The notes beneath the pieces were generated by a model, which was not told where the DNA came from, made no database searches, and saw only the letters and a list, made by a program, of their open reading frames with translations. A DNA stretch of 64,000 nucleotides from an uncultured Brevinema sp. (lineage in GTDB: Bacteria > Spirochaetota > Brevinematia > Brevinematales > Brevinemataceae). The stretch lies in the NCBI GenBank assembly GCA_947038195.1, contig CAMQVI010000004.1:886-64885 (forward strand), given 5' to 3'. The position numbers and the translations under genes were made by a program. Each line of letters opens with the position of its first letter. Position 1 is the stretch's first letter. This document shows, one piece after another, positions 18,564-28,477 of this stretch.

Positions 18564-19497
18564 ATACCTTTTTATTGAAAATACAAAGGTAAGATCCACT
18601 AAGAATAATACTAGCTCCTAAGACTTGCTGGGAGTCTATTGTTTCCCCCATAAGGAGATAGGCAAATAGAGCAGAAAAAATAGGAATAAGTAATTGTAAA
18701 ATATTAAAAGTAGCAACGCCTTGGGTTTTAATAATAGAAAATCCTAAAAGCATTCCTACTGTTATTCCATACATACCAGCAAAGATTAAAATGCCTATTT
18801 GCATGGTAGAACTATTATTAAGATTGTAAATACTACCTGTGAAAAAGGTAATAGATAAGAGGATAGTACCTGTGAGCAGAGAGTTTATTGTTCCAATTAA
18901 AAGAACAGGGATGGTTTTGGAAAGGTATTTTATAATATTGCTTAGAAATATCTGAGCAATCATACTAACAATCAGATATAGTGCTCCCTCAGAGATGAAG
19001 GTGCCTTGAGAAGCTGACCCTTGAAATACAAAAAGAAGCGAGCCTATAAGGCAAATACTCATACCCATGAGGAATTTTTTATTGAGACTTCTCTCTCTCT
19101 CATCTTTATAGAGGGCACAGGAGAGGAGGGTGCTTAAAGGAATTCCAAAAGTCGTAAAAACGCTCCCTGTAAAAGCAGAAGTTAAAGACAATCCTTTAAT
19201 AAAGCAGACCATATTAATAGCCATAGTACAAGAGGATACTCCTAAAAGTAATAAAACTTTTGGGTTTTTACCTATAGCGCCTAGAGTGGTGGGGAATTGA
19301 GAACGAAAGCGAATTAGAGCAATGATGAGAAGGACAATGCCTCCTGATAAAAATCGTATAGCGTTATTATTAATAGCTGAAAAATGTAAACTGGTATAAC
19401 GGAGTAAAGGTACTGCAAATCCAGATAAAATCAAGAATCGCAATGAGTGTGTGAAATGAGAAAGCATAAGAGGGTCTTTATGATGGGTAGATTTCAT
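18562..19497 (-). CDS. EamA/DMT-family transporter
   Basis: About 10 TM segments. The track start at 19524 is GTG. AGGAG-N6-ATG supports a start at 19497 (MKSTHHKD...). Confidence 0.75.
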   Translation of the reverse strand: MKSTHHKDPLMLSHFTHSLRFLILSGFAVPLLRYTSLHFSAINNNAIRFLSGGIVLLIIALIRFRSQFPTTLGAIGKNPKVLLLLGVSSCTMAINMVCFIKGLSLTSAFTGSVFTTFGIPLSTLLSCALYKDERERSLNKKFLMGMSICLIGSLLFVFQGSASQGTFISEGALYLIVSMIAQIFLSNIIKYLSKTIPVLLIGTINSLLTGTILLSITFFTGSIYNLNNSSTMQIGILIFAGMYGITVGMLLGFSIIKTQGVATFNILQLLIPIFSALFAYLLMGETIDSQQVLGASIILSGSYLCIFNKKV

Positions 19498-19581
19498 AAA
19501 TATCTCCTCTAATTTTTTTGTCACCTATATACAGGGACTATATTAAGTATTTCTCTAAAAAATGGTGGCTTACAAAGATCT

Positions 19582-20361
19582 TCAGTGAGTGTTAACACTT
19601 CCCATGAGATGTGATATTTCTTGAGCAGACGCTAATAGCTCTTTAATATGGAATACATGGAGCTCTTCAGACCATCTTGCTATGGGCATAGAAATGCTAA
19701 GAGCGGCACATATGTGATTTTGATAATCAAAAATAGGGACAGCAACACATCTAATATGAAACTCGTGCTCTTCATTGTCTTCGGCATAGCCTTGTTCTTT
19801 GACTAGTAGAAGGTGTTTTTTGAATTCCTCAGTAGAAGTGATTGTGTGTTCAGTAAACTTAAAGAGAGTGATTTCTTTGATAATACTATCTATAAGATCA
19901 TCATTTTCGTACGCTAAAAGAACTTTTCCCAACCCTGTACAGTGTAAAGGAGCTAATTTTCCTACTTGAGAATAGAGGCGTAGAGAATGGTGGGAATCTA
20001 TTTTATGAATGTAGATACAATCTGTGTGGTCTCTTATCGCTAAATGCACTGTTTCTTTGACTTTGTCCCCTAAAGTCTGCATGATAGGAAAAGCTAATTC
20101 TGTAATATTATAATGTAATAGAATATCAGAACAGATAGATGCTAAGCGTAAAGTCAATCCATATTGCTGAGTTTTAGGGTTTTGATGAGCATAGCCTAAA
20201 TCACATAAGGTAGATAGACATTTATAAGCCATAGTACTACTCATATTGGTCTGCAAACCTATATCTTTCAAAGACATTTCTTTGTGAGTAGAGAGCAGTT
20301 TAATGATGGCAAAAGCTTTAATAATTAATCCTGCTTGGGTGGGTGATTTGGGTGTATCCAT
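19582..20361 (-). CDS. IclR-family transcriptional regulator (KdgR-like)
   Basis: 259 aa with an N-terminal wHTH and a C-terminal IclR effector domain. Divergent from the eda-kdgK operon. Confidence 0.8.
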   Translation of the reverse strand: MDTPKSPTQAGLIIKAFAIIKLLSTHKEMSLKDIGLQTNMSSTMAYKCLSTLCDLGYAHQNPKTQQYGLTLRLASICSDILLHYNITELAFPIMQTLGDKVKETVHLAIRDHTDCIYIHKIDSHHSLRLYSQVGKLAPLHCTGLGKVLLAYENDDLIDSIIKEITLFKFTEHTITSTEEFKKHLLLVKEQGYAEDNEEHEFHIRCVAVPIFDYQNHICAALSISMPIARWSEELHVFHIKELLASAQEISHLMGSVNTH

Positions 20362-20603
20362 TTTTGTCCTACTTTAAAGTAATTGTTTTCTATTCTTATT
20401 TTATAAGAGAAATGTATTTTATGCAATAGGGAAAGCAATAAAAAATAGGCACAAGTGTTTTGAAATATGTAACTGTTTATAATATATGAAATTAAAAAAT
20501 ATAATATTTTTAATAAATTAAGTATTGAAAATTTGTGAATTTGATTTATAATAAATGTAAATAATAAATACAAATAGTAAATCAAATTATTTAAGGAGAT
20601 CAA

Positions 20604-21239
20604 ATGTCTGTATTAGAAAAATATATGCTTGCTAAAATTATACCAGTAGCTGTTGTGGATAATGAAAAAGAATTACGAAATTTAGCTGATTTATGTTCAA
20701 AATATGTACCTGCTGTTGAGCTTACCATGCGTACACCCTATGCAAAAACAGCTTTAGAGATTCTACATAAAGAATATTCTCATCTATCCTGCGCTGCTGC
20801 TACAATACTTAGTGTGGAACAAGCGGAAGAGGCAATAGCCACGGGGACTAAGATAATAATTAGCCCTGGGTTCACTCCTAAATTAGTAGAGCATTGCGCC
20901 GCTAAAGGCTATCAATATGTTCCTGGGGTGGCAAGTGCTGCAGAATTAGAATTTTGTCTTTCTCATGGTTTCAAAATATTAAAATTCTTTCCAGCAGAAG
21001 CTGCAGGAGGAATCAAATGGCTTAAAGCGGTAGGACCAGTATATAAACATATGGGCGTTACGTTCATGCCTCTAGGCGGAGTAAACATGGATAATGTTAC
21101 AGAATATTTAAAACTCAGTAATGTTATTGCCTGCGGTGGCTCGTGGTTATGCCCTAAGGATCTTATGGAAAAGGGAAATTGGGAAGAAATTGAAAAAAGA
21201 TTCAAAGAAATGCAAGATTTGCTAAAGGGGTTATCATAA
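20604..21239 (+). CDS. eda: 2-dehydro-3-deoxy-phosphogluconate (KDPG/KHG) aldolase
   Basis: 211 aa. VELTMRTP, ISPGFTP, KFFPAEAAGG, PLGGV and a C-terminal CGGSWL, all Eda-family motifs. Confidence 0.88.
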   Translation: MSVLEKYMLAKIIPVAVVDNEKELRNLADLCSKYVPAVELTMRTPYAKTALEILHKEYSHLSCAAATILSVEQAEEAIATGTKIIISPGFTPKLVEHCAAKGYQYVPGVASAAELEFCLSHGFKILKFFPAEAAGGIKWLKAVGPVYKHMGVTFMPLGGVNMDNVTEYLKLSNVIACGGSWLCPKDLMEKGNWEEIEKRFKEMQDLLKGLS

Positions 21240-22267
21240 TGAAGTATATTGTAGGATTTGGAGAAGTAATGCTTCGCTTAACAGCACCTGATTATGAGAG
21301 ATTATTGCAATCTCCTCAATTAAAAGCGACAATGGGGGGCGGTGAGGCTAATGTTTGTGTATCTTGTTCTCGCTTTGGATTGCCCTCTCGTTATGTTTCT
21401 GCATTTCCTAAAAATATGTTAGGGGAAAAAGCAGAGGAACTATTATTAGGACAAAAAATAGATACTTCAGCTATTGCATGGACTGGAAAAAGAATGGGAA
21501 TCTATTTTGTAGAAAGAGGCTCAAATCAAAGAGGGTCTACCGTTTTATACGATAGGGAAGATTCTGCTATTAGTAATGCAAAACCTACTGATTTTGATTG
21601 GGATAAAGTTTTTGAAAATGCTGAGTATTTTCACATTTCTGGAATTACTCCTGCACTTAGCCAAAATGCAGCAGATTTAACCTTATATGCGGTAAAAGAA
21701 GCTAAAAAACATGGCGTGAAAGTATCCTGTGATCTTAATTATAGAAAAAAACTATGGGCTTACGGTAAAAAATCATCTGAAGTAATGCCTGCTATTGTGG
21801 AACATGTGGATCTACTTATTGCAAATGAAGAAGATATTCAATTATCTTTAGGAATTGATTTTACAGCAGATGTCACTAAAGGGCATTTGGAAGCAAAGGA
21901 TTATGAACCCCTTATGAAAGAAGTCTGTAAAAGATACCCTCATTTATTGGGAGTAGCCACTACTTTGAGAGAAAGTGTCAGCGCGAATCATAATGATTGG
22001 AGAGCTATATTTTATACAGGTAATAAATTACATGTTTCTAAGAGATACAATATCACTGATATTGTAGATAGAGTGGGAGGCGGAGATTCTTTCGCTGCAG
22101 GTTTACTTAGTGGGCTTAGATTTTATACAAATCCCCAAGAGTCTTTAGAGTTTGCTGTGGCAGCTTCTTGCTTAAAACACACTATAGACGGAGATTGGAA
22201 TTTAGTTAGTAAAAAAGAAGTCTTGGATCTTATGGAAGGAGATGGTTCTGGAAGAGTGCAACGATAA
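21239..22267 (+). CDS. kdgK: 2-dehydro-3-deoxygluconokinase (PfkB family)
   Basis: 342 aa. GGGEANV N-terminal motif and VDRVGGGDSFAAGLL C-terminal PfkB motif. 1-nt overlap with eda. Confidence 0.85.
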   Translation: MKYIVGFGEVMLRLTAPDYERLLQSPQLKATMGGGEANVCVSCSRFGLPSRYVSAFPKNMLGEKAEELLLGQKIDTSAIAWTGKRMGIYFVERGSNQRGSTVLYDREDSAISNAKPTDFDWDKVFENAEYFHISGITPALSQNAADLTLYAVKEAKKHGVKVSCDLNYRKKLWAYGKKSSEVMPAIVEHVDLLIANEEDIQLSLGIDFTADVTKGHLEAKDYEPLMKEVCKRYPHLLGVATTLRESVSANHNDWRAIFYTGNKLHVSKRYNITDIVDRVGGGDSFAAGLLSGLRFYTNPQESLEFAVAASCLKHTIDGDWNLVSKKEVLDLMEGDGSGRVQR

Positions 22268-22335
22268 GGGAAAACTCTAATTTTATATACTTACAAACAG
22301 ATTTGAAATAATATTATTAAAAATAGGAGGTCATT

Positions 22336-23784
22336 ATGAGTCAAGCTCAAATGATTATTGGTTTATTAGTATACGTTGGTGGTCTAATGTTTTTAGGTTG
22401 GTATATTCCAAGAAAACAATCTGGTGCAGAAGATTTTTTATTAGGGGGTCGTGGATTACCTTTTATATTAGTTTTTGGAACCACAATGGCAACAATGGTA
22501 GGCACAGGATCTACGATGGGTGCTGTCGGTAATGCCTATTATAATGGCTGGGCAGGGGTTTTAGTCGGAATAGGTGGATCCTTAGGATTTTTTCTACTAA
22601 CTTATATTTTTGTTGATGCCAGAAATGACAATTTTGTCACAGAAACAGAAGAACTAGCTTCTTATTATCAGAACAATAAACTCTTGAAAATAGTAATTTC
22701 TATTATGTTAACATTAGCTTCAATTGGTTGGTTAGGCGCTCATCTAATGGGGGGAAGTACTTATCTTGCTCATATTACAGGGCTTGACATGAATTTATCT
22801 CGTATCATTATGGCGTTCACTTTTGCTATTTATATAGTAGTGGGTGGCTATTTAGCAGTTGTTTGGACAGATACTATCCAAGCCTTTATTCTATTCTTTG
22901 GATTTATTGCCATGGCTATTGTATCTCTTATAAAAGCTGGTGGTATGGAAGGTATTAGTGCTGCTATGCCTGCAGAAAACTTCTCTTTTTTAGGAATAGA
23001 TAAGATTGGTTTGATTCCAGCAATCTCCGTTATCGTTGCGATTGCTACAAGTCCTTTATCTGTACCATCTTTCCGTCAACGTATATATAGTGCAAAAGAC
23101 ACAGCAACAGCTAAAAAAGCTTTTTTAACAACTTCTATTGCTTTTTTACTTTTTGCTGTAACACCTGCAATAGTTGGTATGTCAGCTTATGCTATCAATC
23201 CAAACATCGCTGATTCTAACTTTGTATTCCCTTACATGGCAACCTCTGTATTTCCTCCTTTTATAGGTTTGGCAATTTTAATTTGTGGTATGTCAGCAAC
23301 TATTTCATCAGGGGATTCTGATGCTATGACAGGTATTACAATACTTGTAACAGATGTCTATCAATTGATGACAGGAAAAGCTCTTCCAGCAGATAAAGTC
23401 GTTAATGTTTCTAAAATGATGGCATTCGTAGTGGTTGGAGCTGCTTTAGCATTTACTTGGTTTGCTAAAGATATTTTAGGCTATATCCAAACGATGATCT
23501 CTACTTTACTTACTGGTGTTGCCGTTGCAGGAATTTTTGGCCGTTATTGGAAAAGATCCACATGGCAAGGGGCTTTAGCTGCTATTATTACAGCTAGTTT
23601 AACTTCTTTCTTTGTTTCAGGAAATAAAGATTTAATAGCTTTCTGGGGCGGTCCTATAATACCAGCGTGGATTGTATCTTCATTAGCACAAGTTATTGTA
23701 TCTTTATTAACACCTATGCCACCTCGTGATCGTGCAGAAATTTTAAAAGAAATTCACACAGAACGTCAAGGAATGGGACTTTAA
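22336..23784 (+). CDS. Sodium:solute symporter (SSS) family transporter
   Basis: 482 aa, about 13 TM segments, strong RBS AGGAGG. SSS-like N-terminal pattern DFLLGGRGLP. Confidence 0.8.
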   Translation: MSQAQMIIGLLVYVGGLMFLGWYIPRKQSGAEDFLLGGRGLPFILVFGTTMATMVGTGSTMGAVGNAYYNGWAGVLVGIGGSLGFFLLTYIFVDARNDNFVTETEELASYYQNNKLLKIVISIMLTLASIGWLGAHLMGGSTYLAHITGLDMNLSRIIMAFTFAIYIVVGGYLAVVWTDTIQAFILFFGFIAMAIVSLIKAGGMEGISAAMPAENFSFLGIDKIGLIPAISVIVAIATSPLSVPSFRQRIYSAKDTATAKKAFLTTSIAFLLFAVTPAIVGMSAYAINPNIADSNFVFPYMATSVFPPFIGLAILICGMSATISSGDSDAMTGITILVTDVYQLMTGKALPADKVVNVSKMMAFVVVGAALAFTWFAKDILGYIQTMISTLLTGVAVAGIFGRYWKRSTWQGALAAIITASLTSFFVSGNKDLIAFWGGPIIPAWIVSSLAQVIVSLLTPMPPRDRAEILKEIHTERQGMGL

Positions 23785-23796
23785 TCACCGATTTAT

Positions 23797-23846
23797 AACT
23801 CTACCTTATAACATAAGATTACATGTCTTTTTTATAGGGTAGAGTT
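23797..23846 (+). terminator. 15-bp stem (one G-U) with 20-nt loop between symporter and dehydratase; attenuator or terminator
   Basis: aactctaccttataa ... ttatagggtagagtt followed by ttttatttat. Confidence 0.35.
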
Positions 23847-23873
23847 TTATTTATATCACGTAAGGGGCGTAAA

Positions 23874-25625
23874 ATGAAAAGAAATATCAAAGATATGCCT
23901 AGTCAGCTTATTCGTAATATAGCACCAGAGATGGATCCCTTAAAAATAGGAATGGGTTGGTCTGTTGAAGATTTAGCGAAAATGCATGTCTTTATACAAA
24001 GTACTTTTGGACATAGTCATCCAGGAAGTGCTCATTTGATGCCTTTAGTACAATCAGCCTTCGATGAAGTAGAAAAATTTGGGGCAAAAGGAAATATGTT
24101 TTTTGCCACAGATATGTGTGATGGACAAGCTCAAGGGCATGATGGTATGAATTATTCTCTACCTTCAAGAGAATTTATTGCAAATATGATAGAATGTCAA
24201 TGTGGAGCAACAGCTTTTGATACTTCCATTTATATATGTTCTTGTGATAAAGGTGTTCCAGCACATTTACAGGCTTTAGCGAGATTAGATATTCCAGCAA
24301 TTATTTTGACTGGAGGAGTGATGCAAGCTGGACCAAATATGCTTACCTTAGAACAAGTTGGTATGTACTCTGCTCAGTATCAACGTGGTGAAATTACCAA
24401 AGCTGAGTTTGCTTATGCAAAGCATAATGCTTGTCCAAGTTGTGGAGCATGTTCCTTTATGGGCACAGCTGCTACTATGCAAGTTATGGCAGAAGCTTTA
24501 GGCATGAGTTTACCTGGCACGGCAATGATGGCTGTTGATATGGATCAATTAAAAGAAGTTGCTAAAGATGTTGCTCAAGCAGCAATCAATCTAGCATTTG
24601 AAAATATAAAACCTTCTATGATTATGACAGAAAAAGCCTTCGAAAATGCTATTATGGTGCATTCAGCAATCGCTGGATCGACTAATAGTTTATTACATTT
24701 GCCAACCATAGCAAGAGAATTGGGAATGACTCTTAATATGGAAAAATTTGATGAAATTCATCGTAAAATCAACTTTATTGCAAACATAAGACCAAGTGGT
24801 TTTTATCCAGGATCATTCTTCCACAAAGCGGGCGGTGTCCCAGCTATCATGAAAGAAATACAAAAACATCTGCATTTAGATGTCCTAACAGTAACAGGTA
24901 AAACATTGGGTGAGAATTTAGAAAACTTAGAAAAATCTGATTACTTTGAAAAATGTAATGAAGAATTAGCCAAACTAAATGTTAAAAAAGATGATGTCAT
25001 CAAAGCTTATGACACCCCTATACAGCAAGGTGGAGCAGTAGCTATTCTCAAAGGCAACTTAGCACCAGAAGGTGCTGTTGTCAAACACTCTGCCCTTCCT
25101 ATAGAAATGAAAAAAGCTGTGTTGAGAGCTGTTCCTTTTGATAAAGAAGAAGATGCTTTACAAGCAGTACTTAATAAAACAATCCAACCTGGTGATGCTG
25201 TAATTATTAGATATGAAGGACCTAAAGGTTCTTGTATGCCTGAGATGTTTTATACAACAGAGGCCATAGCTTCTGATAAAGACTTACGAGCTACGATTGC
25301 TTTGTTGACAGATGGTAGATTTTCAGGGGCAACAAGAGGGCCTGCAATTGGTCATATTTCTCCTGAAGCAGCAGTAGGTGGTCCTATCGCTTTGGTGGAA
25401 CTTGGAGATTTATTAGAAATAAATATCGAAAATAGGTCCCTTAATATTGTAGGGGTTCAAGGCAAAGAACTATCATTAGCAGAGATAGAACTTATTCTAC
25501 AAGAAAGAAAATCCAAATGGATCCCTAAACAAAAAGCTATGAAAAGAGGTGCTTTATCATTGTATTCAGCATTTGCTGTTTCTGCCATGAAAGGTGGATA
25601 TATAGATGTTAATAATAAAGATTAG
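23874..25625 (+). CDS. IlvD/Edd-family sugar-acid dehydratase
   Basis: 583 aa. FeS ligand contexts DMCDGQAQG, CSCDKGVPA, CPSCGACSFMGTA. C-terminal TDGRFSGATRG. Confidence 0.85.
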   Translation: MKRNIKDMPSQLIRNIAPEMDPLKIGMGWSVEDLAKMHVFIQSTFGHSHPGSAHLMPLVQSAFDEVEKFGAKGNMFFATDMCDGQAQGHDGMNYSLPSREFIANMIECQCGATAFDTSIYICSCDKGVPAHLQALARLDIPAIILTGGVMQAGPNMLTLEQVGMYSAQYQRGEITKAEFAYAKHNACPSCGACSFMGTAATMQVMAEALGMSLPGTAMMAVDMDQLKEVAKDVAQAAINLAFENIKPSMIMTEKAFENAIMVHSAIAGSTNSLLHLPTIARELGMTLNMEKFDEIHRKINFIANIRPSGFYPGSFFHKAGGVPAIMKEIQKHLHLDVLTVTGKTLGENLENLEKSDYFEKCNEELAKLNVKKDDVIKAYDTPIQQGGAVAILKGNLAPEGAVVKHSALPIEMKKAVLRAVPFDKEEDALQAVLNKTIQPGDAVIIRYEGPKGSCMPEMFYTTEAIASDKDLRATIALLTDGRFSGATRGPAIGHISPEAAVGGPIALVELGDLLEINIENRSLNIVGVQGKELSLAEIELILQERKSKWIPKQKAMKRGALSLYSAFAVSAMKGGYIDVNNKD

Positions 25626-25651
25626 CTAAAATATTATAAGAGAGGTATACT

Positions 25652-26869
25652 ATGTATACTTATTTAATTAAAAATGCTCATGTGATCGACCCAAAGTCAA
25701 AAACTTCTGAGATTAAAGATCTCGCTATAATCAAAAATACTATTGCTAAAATAGCTTCTAATATCACAGGAGATGCTGAGTATATTATTGACGCAACAGG
25801 TTTATATTTGACTCCAGGCTTGATAGATGCTCATGCTCATTGTTACCATACGACAGGTATTCCTCAAGCGTGGGCTGGGGATAATGGTATTCAAGCTGAT
25901 GCTTTTTCTTTTAGAAATGGCTGTACTACCATGATTGATACAGGATCTAGTGGCTGTCTAAATTTTTCTCATTTTAAGGCAACAGTAATAGATAGAGTAA
26001 AAACCAAAGTATTCGTCCTATTGAATATCGCTGATTGGGGTATGAACACCCTACTAACAGAGCAGTTTCCAGAATTGTTTCAAATTGATAAGTGTATAGA
26101 AGTGGCTAAACAATATCCTGAAATTGTAGGAATCAAAATAGCTCATTATTGGCATCCTGGTTGGGAACATGTAGATTTAGGCTTAAAAGTGGGAAAAGCT
26201 GCTAAATTGCCTTTGATGGTGGATTTTGGTCGATTCAAAAAAGAAAGACCAGTGCATGAATTATTAAAACGTTTACGTAAAGGGGATATTTTAACTCATT
26301 GTTATAGAGCTCCTGTACCTGTTATTAATAGTAAAGGACAAGTTTTTTCTTATCTTCGTGAAGCTAGAGAAAGAGGAGTTTTGTTTGATTTAGGTCATGG
26401 ACAAGGTTCTTTTTTGTTTAGAAATGCGCTTCCAGCTATTCAACAAGATTTTAAACCAGATTTTGTATCAACTGATTTACACGGAACAAGTATGAATGAA
26501 GCCTGTCAGGATATGTTGACAGTAATGTCAAAATGTCTAGCAATGGGCATGAGTTTTGAAGAAATAATAGCATCTGCTACCATAAAACCAGCTAAAGCTT
26601 TTTCTTTACCATCACCTATTGGTGTATTAGAAGAAGGGGGAAATGCAGATATTGCTCTCTTTTCTATCGCTGAAGGCAAATACGCCTATAAAGATATTTG
26701 TGGTGGAGTTTTACCTTCTACAAAGCGTATTTATTGTGAAATGACCTTTGCTAATGGAGAATTACTATGGGATTATAATGCTCGTTGTGGTGTAGCCTAC
26801 CAAGAATTGCCAGATTTATGTGGAATAGATCCTATTTATGAAGAATATACCCCACCAACGGAGAACTAA
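25652..26869 (+). CDS. Metal-dependent amidohydrolase/deacetylase (dihydroorotase-like superfamily)
   Basis: 405 aa with PGLIDAHAHCYH (HxH metal site), plus later His/Asp motifs (THCY, DLGHG, STDLHG). Confidence 0.8.
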   Translation: MYTYLIKNAHVIDPKSKTSEIKDLAIIKNTIAKIASNITGDAEYIIDATGLYLTPGLIDAHAHCYHTTGIPQAWAGDNGIQADAFSFRNGCTTMIDTGSSGCLNFSHFKATVIDRVKTKVFVLLNIADWGMNTLLTEQFPELFQIDKCIEVAKQYPEIVGIKIAHYWHPGWEHVDLGLKVGKAAKLPLMVDFGRFKKERPVHELLKRLRKGDILTHCYRAPVPVINSKGQVFSYLREARERGVLFDLGHGQGSFLFRNALPAIQQDFKPDFVSTDLHGTSMNEACQDMLTVMSKCLAMGMSFEEIIASATIKPAKAFSLPSPIGVLEEGGNADIALFSIAEGKYAYKDICGGVLPSTKRIYCEMTFANGELLWDYNARCGVAYQELPDLCGIDPIYEEYTPPTEN

Positions 26870-26871
26870 AA

Positions 26872-27999
26872 ATGTCCATATATGAAAAACTAGGGATAAG
26901 CCCTTTAATAAATGCTGCTGGCACATATACTGCTATCGGTGGATCTCGCATGAGTGAAAAAACATTGTCTGATATGAATGAGGCCGCCCAATCTTTTGTT
27001 GATATTAGAAAACTACAAGCATCAGTAAACAAACGCCTAGCTGTTTTAACAAATAACGAAGCTGCCGCTGTATGTAATGGAGCTGCTTCAGGATTGTATA
27101 TCTGTTGTGCGACTTGTATTACCCTACTCTATAAAAAATCTTATAATTATCTTAGTAAAAAACAAATAGAAGAGTCTGAATTCATTGTTTTCCGTGCTCA
27201 TAGAAATCCGTATGATTGGGGACTTCGTTTGATGGGTGTTACCGTTAAAGAACTCGGTTTTCCTAATATTATTCAAGCCGCTACCGCAGAAGAATTGGAA
27301 GCGAGTATTTCAGAAAAAACAGCAGGGATTTTCTTTGCCTACAGTGCTCCACATGGTTGGATAGCAGATGGAGAATTAGATCTCAAATCAACAATAGCAA
27401 TAGCCAAAAAATACGATATTCCTGTCGTTGTAGACGCAGCTGCTCAATTACCCTATAAAGAAAATCTATGGCATCTCACTAAAGATCTAGGAGCTACTGT
27501 AGCATTATTTAGTGGTGGTAAGGAACTAAGAGGCCCTCAATCCTCAGGTTTGATTGTTGGAGAGAAAAAATTCCTAGATACTTTCGTACAGCATAATTTC
27601 CCTAATTATGGACCTGGACGTATGCTCAAAACAGGTAGAGAAGAAATTATAGGACTATTATCTGCCGTAGAACAATATATTGCTGAAGATACAGAAAAAC
27701 GTATACAATGGTGCGAAGAACAAGTGCAAAAATTAATCGCCTTTGCTCAATCAAGTACTGTGTATGATATTGTTAAATCTTTCCCTAATGAAGCTGGACA
27801 ACCTATTCCTAGAGCAGAAATAAAATTAACCAATAATCAAAATCTTTCATCAGTAGTAGAGTTATTAGCTGCTCACAAACCTTCTATCTATACTGCCTTA
27901 GAAAGAGGACTATTATTTGTCAATCCAACTTGCTTATATGAAGGAGAAACAGAAATTATTATCCAAGCATTAAATCAAATTCAAGACAAACTAAAATAG
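26872..27999 (+). CDS. SelA-like PLP-dependent enzyme (DgaE-like amino-sugar-acid ammonia-lyase candidate)
   Basis: 375 aa. FSGGKELRGPQSSGLIVG parallels the SelA PLP-lysine motif FSGDKLLGGPQAGIIVG. No Sec machinery nearby. Confidence 0.75.
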   Translation: MSIYEKLGISPLINAAGTYTAIGGSRMSEKTLSDMNEAAQSFVDIRKLQASVNKRLAVLTNNEAAAVCNGAASGLYICCATCITLLYKKSYNYLSKKQIEESEFIVFRAHRNPYDWGLRLMGVTVKELGFPNIIQAATAEELEASISEKTAGIFFAYSAPHGWIADGELDLKSTIAIAKKYDIPVVVDAAAQLPYKENLWHLTKDLGATVALFSGGKELRGPQSSGLIVGEKKFLDTFVQHNFPNYGPGRMLKTGREEIIGLLSAVEQYIAEDTEKRIQWCEEQVQKLIAFAQSSTVYDIVKSFPNEAGQPIPRAEIKLTNNQNLSSVVELLAAHKPSIYTALERGLLFVNPTCLYEGETEIIIQALNQIQDKLK

Positions 28000-28011
28000 A
28001 GAGGTATTCTA

Positions 28012-28401
28012 ATGTCATGTAAAAAAGTCCCCAAAAAAGCAATTCAGCATCTTACGGCTGGACCATACTCACCAGTATTGGAGGTGGAGTTTGATAAATT
28101 AATATTAATATCTGGACAAGCTCCTATTAATATGGAAGGTATGGTAGTAGGAGACACGATAGAAGAGCAAACAAGATTTACGATGGAAAATTGTATTAAA
28201 CAATTAGCTTTTGCTGATTGTACCCTAGATGACGTTTTTAAAGTGAACGTATATCTTACGGATTTAGATTTGTGGCCAAGATTTAATGAGGTTTATGTAG
28301 AATATTTCAACAAACCACTACCTGTACGTACAGCGGTACAAACAGGTTTACTGTATACGTTTTTAGTAGAAATAGAAATGTGGGCAGCAAAAAAGAAATA
28401 A
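28012..28401 (+). CDS. RidA/YjgF-family enamine/imine deaminase
   Basis: 129 aa. GPYSPV, ISGQ, VNVYL.D and a C-terminal PVRTAVQ..L....VEIE, YjgF-family motifs. Confidence 0.85.
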   Translation: MSCKKVPKKAIQHLTAGPYSPVLEVEFDKLILISGQAPINMEGMVVGDTIEEQTRFTMENCIKQLAFADCTLDDVFKVNVYLTDLDLWPRFNEVYVEYFNKPLPVRTAVQTGLLYTFLVEIEMWAAKKK

Positions 28402-28418
28402 GTATTTTGATGATAAAA

Positions 28419-28450
28419 AGATAGGGATAATAAATATCTCTATCTTTTTT
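28419..28450 (+). terminator. Intrinsic terminator closing the sugar-acid operon
   Basis: agatagggat-N7-atctctatct (one mismatch) followed by tttttt. Confidence 0.6.
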
Positions 28451-28477
28451 ACAAAAATAAGTACTGAGAGGAATAAA

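Noticed and set aside
20325-20603. 92-aa minus-strand ORF in the iclR-eda intergenic region
   Set aside because: Extremely AT-rich, made of I/L/N/Y/F codons. It overlaps the IclR start and occupies the divergent promoter/operator region, so it is most likely non-coding.
26872-27999. SelA-like gene as selenocysteine synthase
   Set aside because: There is no selB, selD, tRNA-Sec or in-frame-TGA selenoprotein context. The gene sits in a catabolic operon with an aldolase, kinase and RidA, which fits the DgaE-like lyase branch.
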